From: Daphnia carinata
Taxonomy: Eukaryota
NCBI RefSeq assembly: GCF_022539665.2
Contig: NC_081333.1
Coordinates: 10,974,001 to 11,038,000 of the forward strand
Direction of reading: 5' to 3'
DNA length: 64,000 nt
Below are positions 35,913-58,245 of the stretch, one piece after another (the first letter of the stretch is position 1; every line of letters starts with the position of its first letter). Under the pieces are notes generated by a model. The model was not told where the DNA came from. It saw only the letters and a list, made by a program, of their open reading frames with translations, and made no database searches. Made by a program: the position numbers and the translations under genes.

Positions 35913-38900
35913 TCACTGGAACAAATAATGCGCTGGGTTTGTTAACATCATCTTATGAAGTTTGTCTATAGTTGCTGGACCATCTAATGATAAGAAAAAG
36001 ATATGTAAAAAAGAACCTAACCGATGTCGCAATGGCAATTCAAGCTTACCCATCTGATACCAATCTGAATTGCCAGCATCACTTCGAGCAGCATCCACAG
36101 CGTTGCGTAAAGCGAAAAGGACAGAGACTGACATACACAATGGGGGTTCACCAGTAGCTAAGAATAAGGTTATTAAACTATAATCTCCAAACGCTTTGAA
36201 AAACCAAGATCACTAATCTACGTACCTTTAGAGCGTAAAATGCCGAATGGGTGAGCTGCGTTTTTCATCATTGTGACGCGGAAATCTACCGGAACGTCAG
36301 CATTCAGCGGAGGTTTGTAATTCTAATCGTATAGTTAAAATAAGTGTAGTAAAGCATTAAATGAAATCGACATACAATACTGTTTAAACAGAAGTGAAAC
36401 ATAACCTGTATCGTATACATACCCAAGTCCCCCGACTTAACTTTTGCCCCGTTACTGGATCGTACTGAAATAAAGGAACTCGACGAATTACATCAACGTG
36501 AAAATTGGCATTGTAACCACATTCGCATGCAGAACGAAACAAATGCACAACATACCGTAATCTTCTCGCTTGTCCATAGGCCAACTCCCATCATAAATGC
36601 TCCCTCGATTTGTCCAATATCTATTAACGGACTTATGCTCTGTCCAGCATCTTCAAGTATATCTACTCTGCGAAGCTATTACAAATAAATTAGATTTCCA
36701 GGACTCATAAAAAAAAGGCAAGATCTATTGCTCTACAAACCAGTTTCTCCCCTGTCAAAACATCGATTTCCACTTCCGAGACGGTAGCGCCGTGGATGAT
36801 GTATCCTTTCACCTTGTCATCAGATGTATAACTTGATCAAAATTAAGAAAGCATTAGGAATAAAAGGTAAACTAATAAAGTTTTAAAGAATAAAAAAAAA
36901 ATACTAATGGCGAGCAGTTAGATCGACGTTTGAATTAAAACAGTTTTCCACAAGTGCGGTCCAGCTGGCATCTGGTAATTTCTCTTTTATAGGAAGCATC
37001 CGGTTCATTAGTTCTTGACACGCTTTCATGGCAGCCTATGCTAACCAAATTTCTTAATAATAATTGATGCATTTATTAGAAATTAAAACTTACATAGCAG
37101 TTCATCTCACTTGTTACACTGCCTCCGGTGACCGATCCATTAGTATTTGTCAATGTGTTTGTTGGTTTGATCGAAACCAACGAGAGGTCAATGCCAAGTT
37201 CTCTTGCCACAACTTGCGCAACCTATTATGATGTAATTGAATTGAGCATTATTTGAAATTATGTCTGTCTAGCATTTGTTACTTTAGTGTTAATGCCCTG
37301 GCCACATTCAATACCACCATGAGAAACGGACACAGATCCACCATCATGGTGAATAGCTACCAGAACGTTGTAACGAAAAGGAAAAGATTCGACGGGGTAA
37401 ACCATGGGAAGCAGATTAATTCCACGTTTTTTCCATCGATTGTTCAAGTTGAATTCTTTTATCTGGATAAACAAGATTAATTTTGACCAAACAGACTTTG
37501 CACAAAATTATTGTCGATATACTTCGCCTAGACGTTTATCAAAATCCGACGAGCGGCGTAGCTCGTCAATGATCTTTCGCATGGAATTGGCCTCATCGTT
37601 TCCGCTAGTATTTAGGTTTTTCAGTCGGAATTCAAGGGGATCCTCTTTACGAGTCTTCGCCAAATGCTCGATCAAATTTTCAATAATTGCAATCCCCTGC
37701 GTAGTTCCTTGAAGGTACAAGTGTTATATGGCAAAAGACAAAACATTTTGGGGAAATCATTTAAACTGTACGAAATATTTAAAACGCAATAAGCATCTAA
37801 CCAGGGGCTCGACAGTATGTGTTTGAAGGTGTATCTGTTTGCACCAACAATGGAGTAAATTTCCAAGATTTTGCGGCATAGCAATTTTTTGCAAACGACG
37901 CAGCAAAAAATGCAGTTCCTTCATTAAAATTTCCACCACAATCGCTGACTATCGTCAAATCTATAGCTTGTAGAAGCCCATTTTTATCAGTACCTGCCTT
38001 TTAAGACAAAAAATGGTGCATAATCGGGAATTTTTTTTAAGATTAGCTATTGGTGTCATTATTTTTTCCTACACACCTTATATTGACAATAGTACGGAAG
38101 ACGTCCTCCGACGAGTGCCATGTTTGAATCCAAATCCAAGGAAATTCGAACGGGTTTAGACAGTTCGGAGGCCGCTATAGCGCAAGCCACAGCAACTAGC
38201 GTAGAGCGTGAAATTTTGCCACCATATGAACCACCCAAACGGCGAGTTTCAACGTTCACTCTAAAGATTTAAATAGCCAATTACTATCGCAACGTTATAC
38301 TTGCGTCGCTACTTACTGCGCCTTATTAAGGCTCAGACAACGCGCCACAGCATTTTGAACTGCATCTTGATCTTGAGTTGCGCAAAAGACGTCCATGCCA
38401 TCCTCCAACGGAACGCATGCGGCAACCAAAGTTTCCATATAAAAATGATATTGGGTGCCAATTTCAAACTCACCTTCGACAACGGTTTCAGACTGAGAGA
38501 AACCATCTGTTAACAAGTGAGAGCGCAATGAATAACCAATTTAACCAACGCAAATTGCAAGGCCAAAAAAATATACCTTCGAAGTTGCCAACATCAAAAA
38601 CGTTGGGTGGACCAAAAGCAGCATGGATCGTTGTTCTTTCTGGATGTTTCATTGCATCTTTAATTTTCAAAACGGGCGTTTGACAGTCTTTATATGAAAC
38701 TCGAACCAATTTAGCCGCTTTGGCTGCTTGGCTCTGCGTATGGGCTACGATGAGCCCAAGAGATTGGCCGGCGTACAACACCTTACCAGAACTAAATACC
38801 TATATGATACCAACAAGCAATTGAAAGCAGATGGTGGAACGACGAAAAGACTGTATTCTACCTCTTCGTTAGTTTGGCTGTCGAAGGCGCCTTGCGCAAA

Positions 38901-41755
38901 AACAAATAAATTGCCAGTCTTAATAGTTTTTGCATCAAGAAACGCAACAACTCCTTCACTTATCTAAACGAGAAATTTCTTATTACGTTTGTTGAAAGTT
39001 GAAAAAAATTAAAGTATAACGAATTACCAATGCCTCAGAAGCGTCTATCTTATCAATGGAACAATTAGCCATGGTGCTCAAAACAAAGGCTCCGTGGAGT
39101 TCATCAGCTCGCAAAGGCATATCATCAATGTATTTCGCCTCCCCTAGTACGTGAACGCAACAATTATTCAATGCTCGGATTTTTCTTCAGATAAGTGCAC
39201 GGAAATTACCTGCACATTGTGCCCGCGCTTCTATTTTTATCGTTGGTTGATTAACGGGCCATTCTTTTGAATCGGTATCATAGTCCTGCTTCCCGACCAT
39301 GATATCGCGTTCTAAGTTATGCGCGCCTGATCTCAAGAGCGAAGATGATTTTTCACCAATTACGGTCAATGCAAACTGCCAATCGATAAAAAAGCAATGA
39401 AAATTTACTTAAATGGTTGTGTTAGATTGAAATATACCTTGTAAAATAAACCCTGAGCAACACACTTCAGATAATCACCGTCCGGATTCAGTAAATGCTC
39501 CTCAGGACACAATTCTTGTTCCAACACGTTTAGCGCACCTTGAAAAATCTTTTCGTCATCCAGGCATTTATCGGTCAAAAAATTTTCCGTCTCGCTAGCG
39601 TGTATCTTGAATATATATTGAAGAATGTGCATTCATGCCATTCATTAAATAAAGGAAGCTTTGAGTGGTAAGTTTAAGACTACAGCTTACCAGAGAGGAG
39701 CGAATTCCGCCAAAGATAATCGTAGGTTTCCCAACAATGCGGATGGAATCTTGACGCAGAATCTTCGCGCAAAATCCGGCGTTTATGTAAGCATGAGCGT
39801 TGCATGAACGAGGCATAATTTTAAACGTTTTTATAATATGATCCGTCGACAATGGAGGAAGTTCAACACTAAGAATAAGTCGACCCTTCATATCCGTTTC
39901 AAGGAATTGTGGCAAATCAAATTGTAAAATCTCTCCATCGCTGCCCACTGAAAAAAATAAAAAGATACTAGCAATATGATAAACATGAAAGAATAGATAG
40001 CTGAAATAGCCTTACTGACGGTAACCTTCGCTCCAACAGTTTCAAGAACGACAAATAAGTCAGAAGGAAATTCACGATGAGCGTTTTTCAACATCAAGTT
40101 TCCTGCAATACTTCCTGCCTACAGTGAAAATAATGATCTCTAGTTTACGCTTGCAGCCTGAAATGATTAGAAAATGACAGTTTGCCTTACATTTCGCAGT
40201 GGAACGCTTCCAATTTTTCCTATATGTTCCGCAAGAAGTTGTCCATACCAGTAGTCGGTATTTGTAGATCCGACAGACGACAGAACCCCTTGAAGATCTG
40301 TCAGACTTACTCCCCCACCAACAGTGAGTGGAGTATCTTTTGAGATATGGTGCAAATCTCCGATATTGTTTATGTCGACGTACACGTCGTACGGTCCATC
40401 AGTTTTGTAAACACCTGATACAGAATGTTCAGTAATTTTTTAATTAGCGTTTGTAACATTATTTCCTACCAGTTCCTGTGTTTCCAGCAACAAGACGGTA
40501 TTTAATGCGTTCTCCGAAAGATTTTAAAAGCTTTGTCAGTTGCTCTAGCGATTCCGGCCGGTACCAATTTCCCATTTTAAATACTCCAGTGTTTAGACCA
40601 TTACTGGCTGCGCAATTTCCTGCACAAGCTGCACCGGTTTTTGGGCAAAGTTTATTGCCCAAGTCCTAAAAGATTTATAAGGTAAAGTTCAAGTAAATAA
40701 GATTTCATGAGGAATGAATAGATTAAATATAGTTTCTTATTTTTACTTCCAAATCAAGGCAACGTGATTTTAGTTCTGGAGGCGCATCCTTGGCGAAGGT
40801 CTTGAACGCATCCATAATGGGGCGGTAACCGGTGCAACGGCAGATATTTCCGTCCAAGGAAGATTCGATATCTTTCATCGTCAGATCAGCCCCATTCTTC
40901 TTTTTTAATAAGCTAAATACGGATGCAAAATACGTTTAGTTGGATCAAAAATATTTAAAGAGGCTAAAAGCGTAAAAATATTCAGGAAAATTTTTTACCT
41001 GTACATTGACATCACCATTCCTGGAGAACAATAACCGCATTGACTTCCATTCATGTCCGCCAACTGGGACTAAATTTTTAATTACAATTTAACATAAGAT
41101 TCTTGTGAAAAAAAGAAAAAAGAAAATACTTGAACCGGATGATATCCGTCTTTCTTGTTTCCTATTCCCTCAACTGTAGTTATCTCACCACCATGACAGG
41201 ACATCAATGGCAACAAGCACTATTTAAACACAAAACTTTATATAGAACATTTTTGCCATGCATCATACGGTTATTTCGTTTCAAACATACCGAATTAACA
41301 GCACGATGCTGAATGATTCCTGTTAATGGATCTCCCTTTGAAAGAGTCACTACGCACGCTCCACAACCTCCTTCCCTGCACGAGGTGACAAAGGATAAAT
41401 TTGATCAAATTTTAGGTAAAATCATTTAGAATATAAGCTTTGTCACTCTAACCTGCACATCCATTTCGTCCCAGTTAACACTGCGTTTCTGCGAAGGAAA
41501 TCGACTAATTTTGTATCGGCGTCTACATCCCGATTGACTACAGCCATACAGGAAATGAGGTTAGAACATTAAGTACAGAAGATAGGCAGTTGACATTCTA
41601 ATCCTACAACCGTAACAAAAATGACTTAGCGATTATTTTTCAACTGTAATAACCCTTTTTTTCTAATCTATTTTCGTTTCTTTTGTTGCTGTAGCAATCC
41701 GTTATTGCACGTGGTAGACTTTCGAACGATGCTAGAATCATTGGCGTCGTCATGA
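35913..41755 (-). CDS. Aldehyde oxidase / xanthine dehydrogenase-family molybdo-flavoenzyme, many exons; start codon uncertain
   Basis: 2Fe-2S motifs [46 protein letters not shown]; Moco [48 protein letters not shown] in place of XDH QEHFY points to aldehyde oxidase. Confidence 0.88.
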
Positions 41756-43233
41756 TTTTAAACATTTTCCGTAGTATCCCCAAGATTTGGTTTCTTATTA
41801 GCTTTGTTTTTGCTACTGCACTGCTTTCACCGTGCAAATATTATCTTACATTGCGGCATAACGCTATTCTTCTAAGCTGATGTCACACTAAAAGACCAGA
41901 AACAAGTCAAGCAAGTACCCAATGAATCCTGACTAGTCTGTTTTCTCAAGTGAGGGCTAGACGTTGGCCTCCAATTCTTCTAACAAACGGTCCATTGGAA
42001 AAAAAAGCCAATCATTCTTGTATGTGACAACGACTGACTTCCATTTTTGTTGAGGTAAAGTGGCGGAATTCTTTTGCTAGCCATGACGTCCACAAAAATG
42101 AAAGAAAAAGACACCAGAAACTGCCAGAAGCCAATTCATTTGATTTTCAGCAGCCTCTAGCGACTGTCAGGTAGAACTACACTATTAGTTATCGAAAATT
42201 ATGATTTATTTTGTGCTAACGTGACTCGTTTGTGCGATTAACGTAGCTTTCCTGTGCACTCTCTAAAAAGCACCTGCAATTTCAGAACAAGAATGTGCAT
42301 AGTGCCAGGACATTGCTCTCTATGAGCCATTTCTCAGCTTTCTGTCTGAAAATGGAAAGCCACCATGATGTGGCATATTTTTATTTCAACCTGAACATTT
42401 CTAAGATAAGTACTAACTCAGACAGGCACGAATAGTTTGTCTGAGTGACACTGTGAGATTATGTAACACTGATGAGCAAAACAACCAAACAAAAAACGTT
42501 CGACCTAGCAACAAAATAATGTAATGCATAAAAATGCATACCTGAATATTTTTTCCCGTTGATTCCGAAATCAATACTTGCTGGAGTATCGTTCATTATA
42601 GCTGTAAGATGATTTTCTCTCCTCAATTAAACTGGACTTTTAGGCACACAGAAAACTCAAGTCAAATGGGTACCACATGTAAGGCGGGACTGATAATAAC
42701 AAAACAAAAACGTGAAGACGAGAGAAACGGCACAGCAACGCTCCAAGTGGTCAAAATCTGAAGAGGGCTCTGCCCATCTTTCACTCTGAGCGATGTTGAT
42801 ATCACACTCTACTGTTTCCTCTTTTCTTTGAAGAAAATTATTACACGTTCAAGATTTACAATTTATTAATTCACAAAGTAAGGGTTGAGCTGCGTTGGAT
42901 AAGAGTTAAGAAAAAGCACAATCGATTGCATCAAGTTCAAGGCACTGAGGTCAGAAGACTCGCAATATTATTGTTTCGATATTTTTCCGAAGTGATAATA
43001 ATAATAAAAAAAAATAATACTGGTTTAACAATAGTCCCAAATTCTTTCACACAAAATACACAAAGTGATTGGCAAACCTCACGCAAACGAGTAATCAGCA
43101 TTCAGTCAAAAGATAAGAAAAACGAGTTTGGAAGGATGGAAAAAAACAAACACTTGAAAAGGGAGGACAAAAATCCATGGCACATTTGAATTTAAAATAT
43201 CAGCTGTCGATGTTTTGTTGAAAACGAGAAGCG

Positions 43234-46200
43234 TTATGTATCAACCATGTGAACGGTGACAGGTACAATTAGCTGGTTAAGGCTAGGATCGGGCAAAACA
43301 GTCATGCCTAGCGTATCGTCTAGCTGCCGGATGGGGGGCGCCGAGTGCAAGTCCATAAGCTCTTTTTGCCGTTTCTCGTTATTCTCAGCCTCTAATTCGT
43401 CGGCCGATTCAAGCAGTGTTCCAGGTGATGTAATTCGTTGATTGGCAATTCGTCCCGTCGGGTACACAGGCCCAAGAGGAGACGAAGCCCGTGATGAGAA
43501 AGAGCCCGTTGATACGGAGCGGGCCGTAGGCCGATACCGATCCCGTCCTACAAGCAGGGGCTCGACGTATGATGCCGTATGCTCCGAATCTTCATGCATA
43601 TCGTGCGTCATTGTTGAGTAGCCGTGATCTGAATCGCCACCGGCTGGGCGTCGATACCCTGTGTTTACGCGATAGGGGGAAACGATCGCAACATTATCCA
43701 ACCCGATGCCGCCGGCCAGGCTGAACTCGTGCGTCACTACAGCCGTAGTCTCATCTACATCTGGTTCAATGTCATCATGCTCATCCATGTCGTTGTCCAG
43801 TTGAGTCATTCTCAATCCAGCTCCAGATCCTGAGCCGTACGCACCACTGCCACTACCTTGATGGCGCCTACGTGTTTGTTGACGGTAACAATAGACGGAC
43901 AAGGCGACGAAGCAGAAGAAAGCCAAAACACCACCGGCCACTGGACCCACAGGTAACGACTTGAACGCGGAATCTATGTCTGCTGCTGACATGCCACCAT
44001 TATTAGTATCCTCAGTATAAGGTGAAGATCCTCGAAGGACTCCACCATAGCATTTGAAGTGTTGTGTACAGAACGGAACCTGTTGTATAATTATTAATAA
44101 AAACTAGGTTATCTTAACGGTTGACAATTGAAATACCTGGAGGGAAGAATGTCCGTCTGTATCCCTAACGCACCATTCGCAGCCCACTACACCGAAACAC
44201 TCTCTTTCCGAAAGGCGACCCTCGCAATCGAGTGCCAAGCAAGCCGGCAAGAGTTCAACGTCCCGTGACCGCTGGGAAGGAGGTGGTGGAGGTGAAGAAG
44301 ACATTTCAGGTTGGGCTGGGCAAGTTGGCAAACCGTCAGCTTCGGACTGAACTGTATCCGACATGTTAATGCATGTGTCTAGCTCCAGTGGGCATTCGCA
44401 CGGACACTCGCATTCGCTTTGTTCCATGCGGTGGCAGTTTAAACAGAGCCGGTCCACCTAACACATAAGAGACATTTAAGGTTTGTCTTGCAGATCGAAA
44501 TCGCTGTGGCAAAGAAATTCTTACCGTTGAGCAAGGACAGAACGCCGTTGCTGATTCGCAAGTTTGATTTACAACACCAACGAACAAATTTGTTCCCTGG
44601 ATAGCAACGATCTGGTAGCGAATGCAATGTTCGCCATGCACTAGGTTGGTTAAAACAGGAACTGGCATATCTGGGGAGCCGCTACTGTCAACCCATTGGT
44701 CGTTAAGCGTCAGATTTAATTGATAAAATCGTTGTACAGTACGATCCGGGTAACTGGAGCAAGCCTTCTTTAGTACGAAGCGGTCATGATTTAGTAAATC
44801 GGAGGCCACCAAAGGTTCATGATGTGTCAAATGTTGTTGTTCGATGTTGTTCTGGCTTCCTGGAGGTGATGGATCCAGCAAGTTGGGATGGACCAGTAAG
44901 TAACCACGTTCGTCCATTATGAAACAACGGATACTGGAGCCTCTTACTTGGCCAGCTCGGTCGGGACAAAAGGGCAATGTAGCCCAAAGCATCCGATGCA
45001 TGTAGGCTAGTGTCAAATCCGCTCCCAAAACCGCAACAACGTCGTCCATGGGACTGTGATGCGTAGATGATTTTCCCTCGTAAACAGTGTGGCTGATTGA
45101 GATAACATAGCCCGAACCGGAAGGATCCAGTGACGGACCTGTTACAACAACTTTGCCAGGGAATTCAACGGCCTTTTGATACCAAGGACGACGTAATGGA
45201 TCAAACGACGCAGGCCGGACCGTGGCCGGGTATTCGATCATGACACCACTGGTAGCAGTAGCTGCATAACGCCGGACGATAAACTGGCTTAGTATCGAAT
45301 GGCTGAATTGTGACCTCCAGTACGGAACTAGCTGCGCTAAAGCACCAACATCCGAACGGACTGCCGAACGCAGTCCCGGGTTGGCTATCAGCTTAGTTTT
45401 GTCACTCAGGAATGCCATAAACGATTGGATAACCAAAGGTGATGGTTCTGCCCATGACTCAAATTGGAAAGACGACACATGTGCGGCAGGTGAAAGGAAC
45501 AATGATCCTGCTGCCAAAGTAGAGTGCTGGCGGAAATAGCGGCATAAATCTACTTTGCTGGGGCTCGAGACCACATCTAATCGATGGTAAACCAGGTCAG
45601 GTAGCGACGTCGGTGGCAGCCGGCGTAAGGCTTGGACGTCTGATACAGCCTTATCACGCCGCGTTACGATGCAGGCGATGTATGGAGTTGAGCCGACTCG
45701 CTCCCAGGTGTACGTCAACGTTGTACTCTTGACTCCATCGTCCTCTTCTTTGTGATCTGTAGATGTAAACGATAACATCCCGTTACCCGAAGCGGAAGCG
45801 AGGATTCGCCTGCGAATGGCCGTAAATCCACTACGGTATTCCAAAAAGCCAATGTCTGTAGCAACTGTTTCTTCGGAGACAGTGTTCGGCCGGGAAAGTG
45901 TGGGGTGCATTAGTACGGTGCCTACAAATAAATTGGTTATTTACTATTTGGATGACAACTTAAAATTGCATTACCAATCGAATCGATCAGAAAAACGTAG
46001 CTGCGGCCACCAGGAACATTAAAGTATGTTAAGTCTTCAACTAGATCGGCTAAATGTACATCTAGGCCAACAGCTCCTACGAGCAGGTCCAAGTGAAAAC
46101 ACGGCTGTGTTAGACTAATAACCAATCCTGAAAGAAGAAGAATTTTGTTATGAATGATCTACTATCACATAAATTCTTTTAAGGTTTTACCTTTCCCTAA

Positions 46201-47989
46201 TGGATCCCAATAAGGAGGAGAATATGTGACCGTAGTTTGTTGCATAGCTGAAGAATTTAAAAGAACTGCTTGGTAGTCCCCAACAGTGGACGAAAGCCAG
46301 CGGGTCGAATTGATGGCCAAGGCTTGTCCTCGCATAATAGGAAGCCTCTCGAGAGCCGCGAAAGACACGTTGTACCGCGAGTAGTTTTGCATGGCCACGT
46401 CTTGTAAAAATGCTTTTTCATACATGATCGGTTTTCCATCTAAAACAACGGGTTAATTATTCGGTTTTCATTTTCAGAGCAAAGAGTAACTGTTACCATC
46501 AATTAGTGCATAGGTATTGATCACCAATCGACCCTGGAGGCAGAGCTGACCGAGAGCTATTAGTTCTAAAACCTGTCGAGGCTCTGCTAACGAGGACAAA
46601 AGGCCGCGGCTGATATACATCAATAGCACTGGATTCGAACTGGCCGTCGGGCAATCACCCATTGAAGGAGGTAAATGGCCACACGTTTGATTTCCTGATG
46701 CACAACTGTTCGCTGATGCATGTGAATTGGCTTCTGCTTCATTCCCATTCACTAACATAGCTTGTCTGGCCATATCAAGAGCTTGCTGGAATCCCAGGCT
46801 ATGATTTGCAGGTGCTTTGGCTTTGGTCAAGCTATCGATGAATCGGTTTAGTTTGAATTTAGTTTGGTGGCTTGCACGTGTCATTCCACGTGTAAAACAA
46901 TCACCGACACCAGCATAGTGAAGTTCATCAGACAAGGCTATCAAGCCAATGTGGTCCTTATCTGATAAGCTTGAGATGATATACTTGCCAATAGCTTTTG
47001 CTATGGATAACTGATTAGGACTAAGGGCACTGCCGTGGTCGATGACGATAACAACAAACTTGGGTTCCGGATAGACTGAAGAAAGATATAAATTCCTTCG
47101 GCGGAAACGGTCTCCAGCCTTGTTGCAACCAGACTTGCTATCAACACGATGGGCTGGGTATTCGCTTAGCCCACCCTCTGCACTAAGAAAGTATTGCCAC
47201 TTGATGGAAGGTGACATTTTCAAATTGTTGGAGAAAACTATAAACAGAATTCAGTAATCAATTAATTAGTAATACTTTAATGTAGCAAAATTAATACCAT
47301 CAGTAAGATTATGTCCTGGAGCAAAACTGAGAGGTTTGTGATTTGGAACAGAAACATCACAGGATAGCTCTTCTGAAACTGGGGCCCCAAAATGGCTTTC
47401 ATACCTGTTTAGCAATGATAAACACATTGCATTCACACACTAATGGATATGTAATTTAATTTGTTAACCTAAGTATAGAATCTGGAAGTTCACAGCAAGG
47501 AGCAGGGGTGCTTAAAGGCCTATGAAGATGATGCCAAAAGAGTTCTTCAATGGCACTTCTACTTAGATTCACTAAAGAGGTATAGTGAGATAGTTTTCTT
47601 TGAAGCCGATCACTGAGATCTTTGACTCTGGAGGCATCATCCTTCTCCGACACACCAAAAGGTAGGGAATCATAAATGGTTTGTAGGGCTGTAACACCAA
47701 GCTCTTCGTTGCTGACTGTTCTTAAGAAGGATGCAAGGATCTGAGACCCATCATCCAGATAGAAGCCCCTGATGGGTTCGATTTCTTCTTCTTCCGCCAA
47801 ACCAACTCCCATCCATCTGTTTGGGTTTCTCAGCTCCTTCTTAACAGAGGTCCTATCACGATCTTCTGCATTGATATCTCCAGCAGTGGAAATATTTGAA
47901 GAATTATCGGCTAATAAAACATCCAACAGCAATAGAAGCGTTATCAGTAGATATTGCCGCAAGCGATATGCCTTTGACCAAGCCGCCAT
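43234..47989 (-). CDS. CACHD1: VWA and Cache domain-containing protein 1 (alpha2delta-like)
   Basis: Signal peptide, VWA (VVIVIDHGSALS), Cache (FDPLRRPWY, CFIMDERGYL), Cys-rich CECPCECPL, TM segment and cytoplasmic DSDHGYSTM. Confidence 0.92.
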
Positions 47990-48399
47990 GATGTTTAGGT
48001 TTTGGCTTTGTTTGGGCGGCCGCCGTCCCTTTGATGTCGGAAATTTCTTTTCAGTTGCAGTTTGATGAAAAAAATCCAATCAATGACGAATGCAGCATTC
48101 TCACTTAAGTTTGAAAACACCATGTGCAAAAGATTTTTAAAGAGACTTGCAAGTTAAAAATTCAAGAAACACAAACCCAAAAGGAAAAAGCTACTATTGC
48201 TTTTCACAGATGACAATAGGCGTTGTCAAATTGTACTTGTATAAATATTTTTGCCAGTGGCTAAAGCCTTTTGATTTTGAACTTTAACATTTTATTATAT
48301 TTTATTTAAATTTAAGGGTATAAATTTTTAGTATTTTAAATAAAAAATGATTAAAATTCAGCTACACGATCGTTCTCCGTTACGGTTTCGAAAAATAAC

Positions 48400-49221
<822 letters not shown>

Positions 49222-50220
49222 TACAAAAGTTAGCTATGTACATTAGCGAATGGTGTTGTGTATTATTAGATGTATCTCGCCATATGACAAAAATAATGAT
49301 CAAAACCATGTGAGGAGTGAAGGCACTTGTTTCATTATGTAATCGGTAAAGCACAATGAACTGCGGAGAAAGATGAGAAAGTTTGCTGCAGGAGAATGGC
49401 CAATCTTAGAAGAGGATGATGACATAGAGCAAATAAGGAGTTCAGCGAAGCAAGAAGAAAAGTCTAGAATTTATAATCTGCCAATTGATCGGAATGTGTA
49501 ACACAAAAGAAAGAAAACAAATCATCGACTTCCTTTGAACATATAAAGGCATTATCCGCGCAGAACAAAACAAAAAGGAAAATCAGAAGAAATGCTTGCT
49601 TGATGTAATCTGCCAAAAGAAATGCGCAACAGGCTGACATTTTGCCCCAGCAGGTGAATTGAAGGGCACTATATGTCGTTAAATTGTCCGTTTAGTGCAT
49701 TCCATTGTGAGCGAACTCTGAAAAATGCAAAGAAAAAACATTTATATATTTTGAAGACGATAGCGTGGAACTTTTAAAGTAAATGTACCAAAACGAACAA
49801 ACGGAAACGCGCACATTAAAATTAAAGACCGAAAACAAATAATTTTGTTAACACTAGGGGAGGGAAATAAAGAAAGAAAAAAACCCATCAAACGCAATGT
49901 CGGGCGATTACGGCATAAAGGATTTTCAATATCATATCCAATATTTTCCCAGAGTTATCGGACTCTCTTGGAAAGCTGTTGTTCGCGTGCGTCTAGACGT
50001 AGCTCATGTGGCTCGGAAAATAAAATGGTACAGAAGTAGCTGATCAAATTGCAAAAATCTCCTAAACCGGTTTTAAGCAGTTTAAGAATCTTCGAAAGAT
50101 ATCATTTTTATTGTGCTGAAAAAGAGGATCATTAGTTATTCAATTCCTTTTACCGTCGTCTCAGGTGACTTCTGTAAACCACGGCAAAACACGAAAGTTG
50201 CTTCTATTTGTTACACGAAA

Positions 50221-50278
50221 CAAAAATTCGACGTGTGTTAACAACGGGTCAAAAATTCGACGTGTGTTAACAACGGGT
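50221..50278 (+). repeat. Perfect 29 bp tandem duplication
   Basis: CAAAAATTCGACGTGTGTTAACAACGGGT x2. Confidence 0.95.
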
Positions 50279-51281
50279 TTTCTAGTTTTTTTTTTTAATT
50301 AAATGTTGTTTTCTTTGCATGGTTAAGTTTACCAGTACAAAGATGTCAGCTTCTACAATATCCCCATTGTAAATGGATGCAAAAGTTTTCTCTCTGTTTG
50401 CCTTTTCCATCGTCACAAACTTGGACATGAAACCCTGGCTGGCGTACAGAAGCCAGCCCTTTTAAGGTATGCTTAGCGATGTATGTGCAAAGAGGGGGAA
50501 AGGGCCACCATGATTTTTTATAAAAATAATATAGGCGAGGCCATTCGGAGGAAAGTTAAAAAAAAAAAAAAAAAAAAAGAACACAAAAATAAAACGAGTT
50601 CATTACTACGAAACGACCCAAGCACGGCTCGATTTAAAAATTCCCTCGTTTTCAAACATCAGCAAGGTCAGACGCACGCTGCGTGCGTGATTCATCAACG
50701 CGTGGGCGCCAACAAGCTGTACGCATCCTTGTCTGTAGATCAAAGCCTATAAAAGAATATTCAGACGAAACAGACAGAGAAACAAAGAGCGCAGTTACGG
50801 AGGGAGCTTCAAAAGAGGAGGACAGCCGATTAGGTAAGGATCACGTCGGTCAACGCGATTCTCTCCACCAATGCAACTGGGTGGAAAAGAGGATTGAATC
50901 GGATCAATCTAGAATGACAGATGAACACAAGAAGTGGGCGATCGTCGATGACCTAAAGCGGAGTGCATCGTAGACATGTCCAAGATGATTAATGGTGGCC
51001 TCAGACAAAGCGTTTCCGTCTCGCCATGTATAAGCTAGATGGGCGTGAACGCGTGATAGATTCAGCAGAATGACAGACATTATTAGTCATCAAACGTATT
51101 GGGGAAGAAGAAGAAAAACGCTGTGTATACTGATACCCCAAAACACTAACTTGGATGTGTTTAGTCGCGCACAAATCCATTTGGGAATCATCTGGCCAAA
51201 GTTTGAAGCATCGGACGACAGATGCATGACATAACCCATTAAGGAAAACGTTGGGGAATTCGAAATCTCAATGCCGCATTA

Positions 51282-58245
<6,964 letters not shown>

